A stretch of DNA of 64,000 bases from the human T2T-CHM13v2.0 reference genome, Homo sapiens: the NCBI RefSeq assembly GCF_009914755.1, contig NC_060944.1; one strand, written 5' to 3'. A program made the position numbers and the translations under genes. The notes below the pieces were generated by a model. It made no database searches. It was not told the origin of the DNA and saw nothing but the letters and a program-made list of their open reading frames with translations. Below, one piece after another: positions 60,255-64,000 of this stretch. The first letter of the stretch is position 1. Each line of letters begins with the position of its first letter.

Positions 60255-61592
60255 TCCCAATTATTTATTATATGTAACTTATGTGTTATACTCAATAGGA
60301 TAGATGTTATAACTGCTAATAATAATTATTAGTGATTAGGCACTTAATATATACCACACACTGTGATTTATCCTTTAAGCATTTCACATATTTTGATCAT
60401 TACAACCATGCTGTGTGGTAAATTGAACCATTCCCTGTTTAATAGCAGTTGAAACCCAGTTGCAGAGATTAAGTAACATACTTGTGATTATATAATGAGT
60501 AATAGAGAAGCCAAGATTTGAACCCAGATATGTTTGATTTCAGTGGTTATGTTCTGAATCATTAGATTATACTACTTCTAGCAGAGCCCCTTTATCAAGT
60601 GTTGGGAGCTGGGACTAAGGCTTATGTTACAGATCATGTGTTGGTGAGTCTCAGCTTGTAGTAATGTACTTCTCCTTGCTGGTTATTTTGATAACCAGTT
60701 ACTCTACATATGTCCTCAGTATTTCCAGAAAGAAAGGACAGATGGTTTTCAAAGGGAGCATGCCTCTGATAAGCTAATGATATTGTTACCTCTGAGGGAA
60801 TTTGTTTTGGATGTATGTATCTGAATCTATAGGAAGGAGTCAGATTGCAGTTGGAGAGAAGGGATTAAGGTGGGATTTGATTGATTTTAAGTGGCCTCAA
60901 GCATACATGTGAGAACGAAAGAGGCAAACCATGGTCCACGTTACTTGGAAAACCTCTGTCTGGATAAAATATTAGATTGGGGATTTTGGAAGGCTTCTTC
61001 TATTTGTCTAGATATGTTCTTGTTTTTGTTGTTGTTTTTGTTTTTGAATAAGGGCTCTAGAATAGCCTTGTTTACCTCCCCAAACAGCAGGACACATTAT
61101 TGAAGTGACATGAGAGGGTCTGTGTCAGTGTTAGGATCATTGTGCATTCTCTGGGCCAGCAGAGGGAGCTCTGTATTAAGTTAATGGGTTATAATCGTGT
61201 TCCCATTTGAGTTCACAAATCCCCTTTATATAAAAGTAGGCTTTATGCTAGAACAAGACCATTACTTATTCATTCTTAAGTGTATTTTAAGTAACCGCAG
61301 TGACACTAGGGCAATGTCTTTATTTTATTTAGTTGGGAGATTGGATACCTCATACTTGGCAAAGTTCAAATAAGAAGTCAGCCAAAACATCTCAAAATAG
61401 TCACTTTTTCTCTCCCTTCCCAGATTTCTCAGTGGACTTGACACAATTGGTGTTCTTTTTCTGTAGCATGGTACCATGCATATAGTTTTTAAACTGTAAT
61501 CAGCTAAAATGGCCTTACTTGAATAACTGAATAAATTTTTTAAAAAACCTAATAATTCTTGTGTAGAACTGATTTGAAAGTTCTTGTGTAGA

Positions 61593-61596
<4 letters not shown>

Positions 61597-61644
<48 letters not shown>

Positions 61645-61649
61645 TTTTT
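61597..61649. repeat. (AT)n of about 20 units followed by a T run
   Basis: Seen directly. Confidence 0.95.
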
Positions 61650-61789
61650 AAGTCAAGTTGTTGGGAGCCAGGACTAAGGCTTATGTTACAGTAAATAACA
61701 GTAAAAATATATATATTCCTGATATAGATCAGGAATTTGTTTTTGTTTACAATATGAGCTCTAGTAGTCTGTTTTATTTTTCCATCTGA

Positions 61790-62235
<446 letters not shown>

Positions 62236-62239
62236 CTCT

Positions 62240-64000
62240 CCCATATAAATTTTAGGATCAGTATATCAAATTTTATAAAATACTACTGGAATTTTGACTT
62301 AATTGCATTGGATACACAGATTAATTAGGCAGAATTGCCATCTCTGTGTTAATTCTTTCTATGCATGAACATGGTTTATCTTTCAATCTGTTTGGTCTAT
62401 CTTTTATATTCTTAGATAATTTTATAATTGTACCAACAAAGATGTTTTAGAGCTTTTTGTTAAATCTATTTTTAGATACTTATTTGTTGCTATTACAAAT
62501 GGCATAGTTTAAAAAACTTTTGTTTCTAACATTTTTCTTCTATAGACAACTACTGTAGATATTTATGGACTGTTTTATTCATTGTAACAGGTTTTATGGA
62601 GATTGCCTTTTTAAAAAAATGGAGACAGTCTTATTGTCTATGAATTATGATTATAGTTTTTCCTTTTGATCTTTATATATAATCTTCTTCTTCTTCTTTT
62701 TTTTTTTTTTTTTTGAGGCACTGTCTCACTCTGGAATGCAGTGGCGCGATCCTAGCTCACTGCAGCCTTGAATTCCTGGGGCCAAGCAATCCTCCTGCCT
62801 CAGCCACCTGAGTAGCTGGGACCACAGGCATGTGCCACCACACCTGTGATTTTTTTTTTTTTTTTTTTTTTTTTATAGAGATGGGATCTCCCTGTGTTGC
62901 CCAGGCTGGTCTGGAACTCCTGGGTGCAGGTAATCCTCCTTCCTCAACCTCCCAAAGTACTGGGATTACAAGTGTGAACCACCAAGCCTGGCCAAGGTTT
63001 TTTTCTTATTAAGACCTCCAATACAGTGTTGCATAGTAGAGCTGGTAGTGGACATTCTTGTCTTGTTGCTCACTTTAAAGAAAATTCTTGGGATTTTTTA
63101 CCATGGAGTCTGATTTTGCAGCAGAATTTGGTCGATACCCCTTAACAGGCTAAATAAGTTTTGGTTTATTTTTAGTTTAAGAGGTTTTATTTTAAAAAAA
63201 TTCTTTAATTAATGTTGTTTTGTCTTTTTTTAATTTGAATAGTTAGCTTTTTAATTTTCTTGCTTACTAATACATTTAATCAACATTGTAACTTTTTCTC
63301 TTAGTTCTGTTTTAGCTGTATTCCATACATTTTCATATGTGGTATATTGTAAATATTTTTTTCCAGTGTGTAGTGCTTGTGCTATACACATTTATTTTTT
63401 AACCCATGAGTTATTCGGAAGTGTTTTTTAATAGCAAATGTATGATTTTTAAAAACTGCTTATTTAAAATTTTTAATTTATAGAATTGTGGTTGAAGAGT
63501 GTGGTCTGTTATATCAATTCTTTGTTATTTTTTGAGACATTGTGGCCTAACATGTTATTAATTTTCATTAAATGTGCTTTGTGTGTCTTAAAAATAATGT
63601 ATTTTCTAATTGTTTGGTGCAGGAATCTGTAATTAGCAATCAGTTGCTAATTGTCTTTCATTTGTCTATCTTTACCAATTTTTGATACTTGATCTTTTAG
63701 CTTCTGGAGATTTGTTAAAATTGTTAAATTGTTAAAATTGTCACTGTGTGGTTGTGGGTTTTGTTAATTTTGGTATTACTCACATATGTCATCCAAAATA
63801 ATATACTGGTGGCACTGAATACAATTGGTAGTACTGTGAAAATGATGGAATTTTTTGCATATTTTCTCTTTTATATTAAATTATATATTTTCTCTTTCTT
63901 TTATCTTAATATGCAGAAGAATAGTTTCACCATTATCCGTTTTCAAGCAACCATTTTTTTAAAGGAGAAGAATTTCTTCTGTTTTATTTGATCATTATGA
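62240..64000 (-). mobile_element. Old L1M fragments interrupted by an AluJ (62685-62994)
   Basis: T-rich decayed L1 ORF2-like sequence (AATTTTAGGATCAG...; GACCTCCAATACAGTGTTG...GTGGACATTCTTGTCTTGTT). Confidence 0.65.

Overview
Human (primate) genomic DNA at the TOMM34-STK4 locus, recognised from the translated exons (chr20q13.12 from memory). The minus strand carries the 5' part of TOMM34: coding exons 1-4 (ATG at 10222; 127+100+153+170 nt), with the rest of the gene off the left edge. The plus strand carries STK4/MST1 coding exons 1-9 (ATG at 16459; 35+81+129+115+165+168+138+129+187 nt = c.1-1147), covering the whole kinase domain and the caspase-cleavage/MOB1-docking linker; the SARAH-domain exons lie off the right edge. 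All exons have GT-AG boundaries and join in frame. The genes are head-to-head, about 6 kb apart, each with its own CpG island, and a divergent lncRNA (STK4-AS1/DT) probably lies between them. Much of the remainder is interspersed repeat: about 35 Alus, L1, L2, MIR, MaLR/ERV1 LTRs, MER DNA transposons, and a Y3-RNA retrocopy split by an Alu. Most short ORFs in the supplied track fall in repeats or introns and are not credible genes. I found no evidence for a new multi-gene biological system. The findings are local: a strong-Kozak uORF, candidate cryptic or poison splice elements, an M312 allele, and small rearrangement scars. Repeat subfamily names and repeat boundaries are by eye and approximate.
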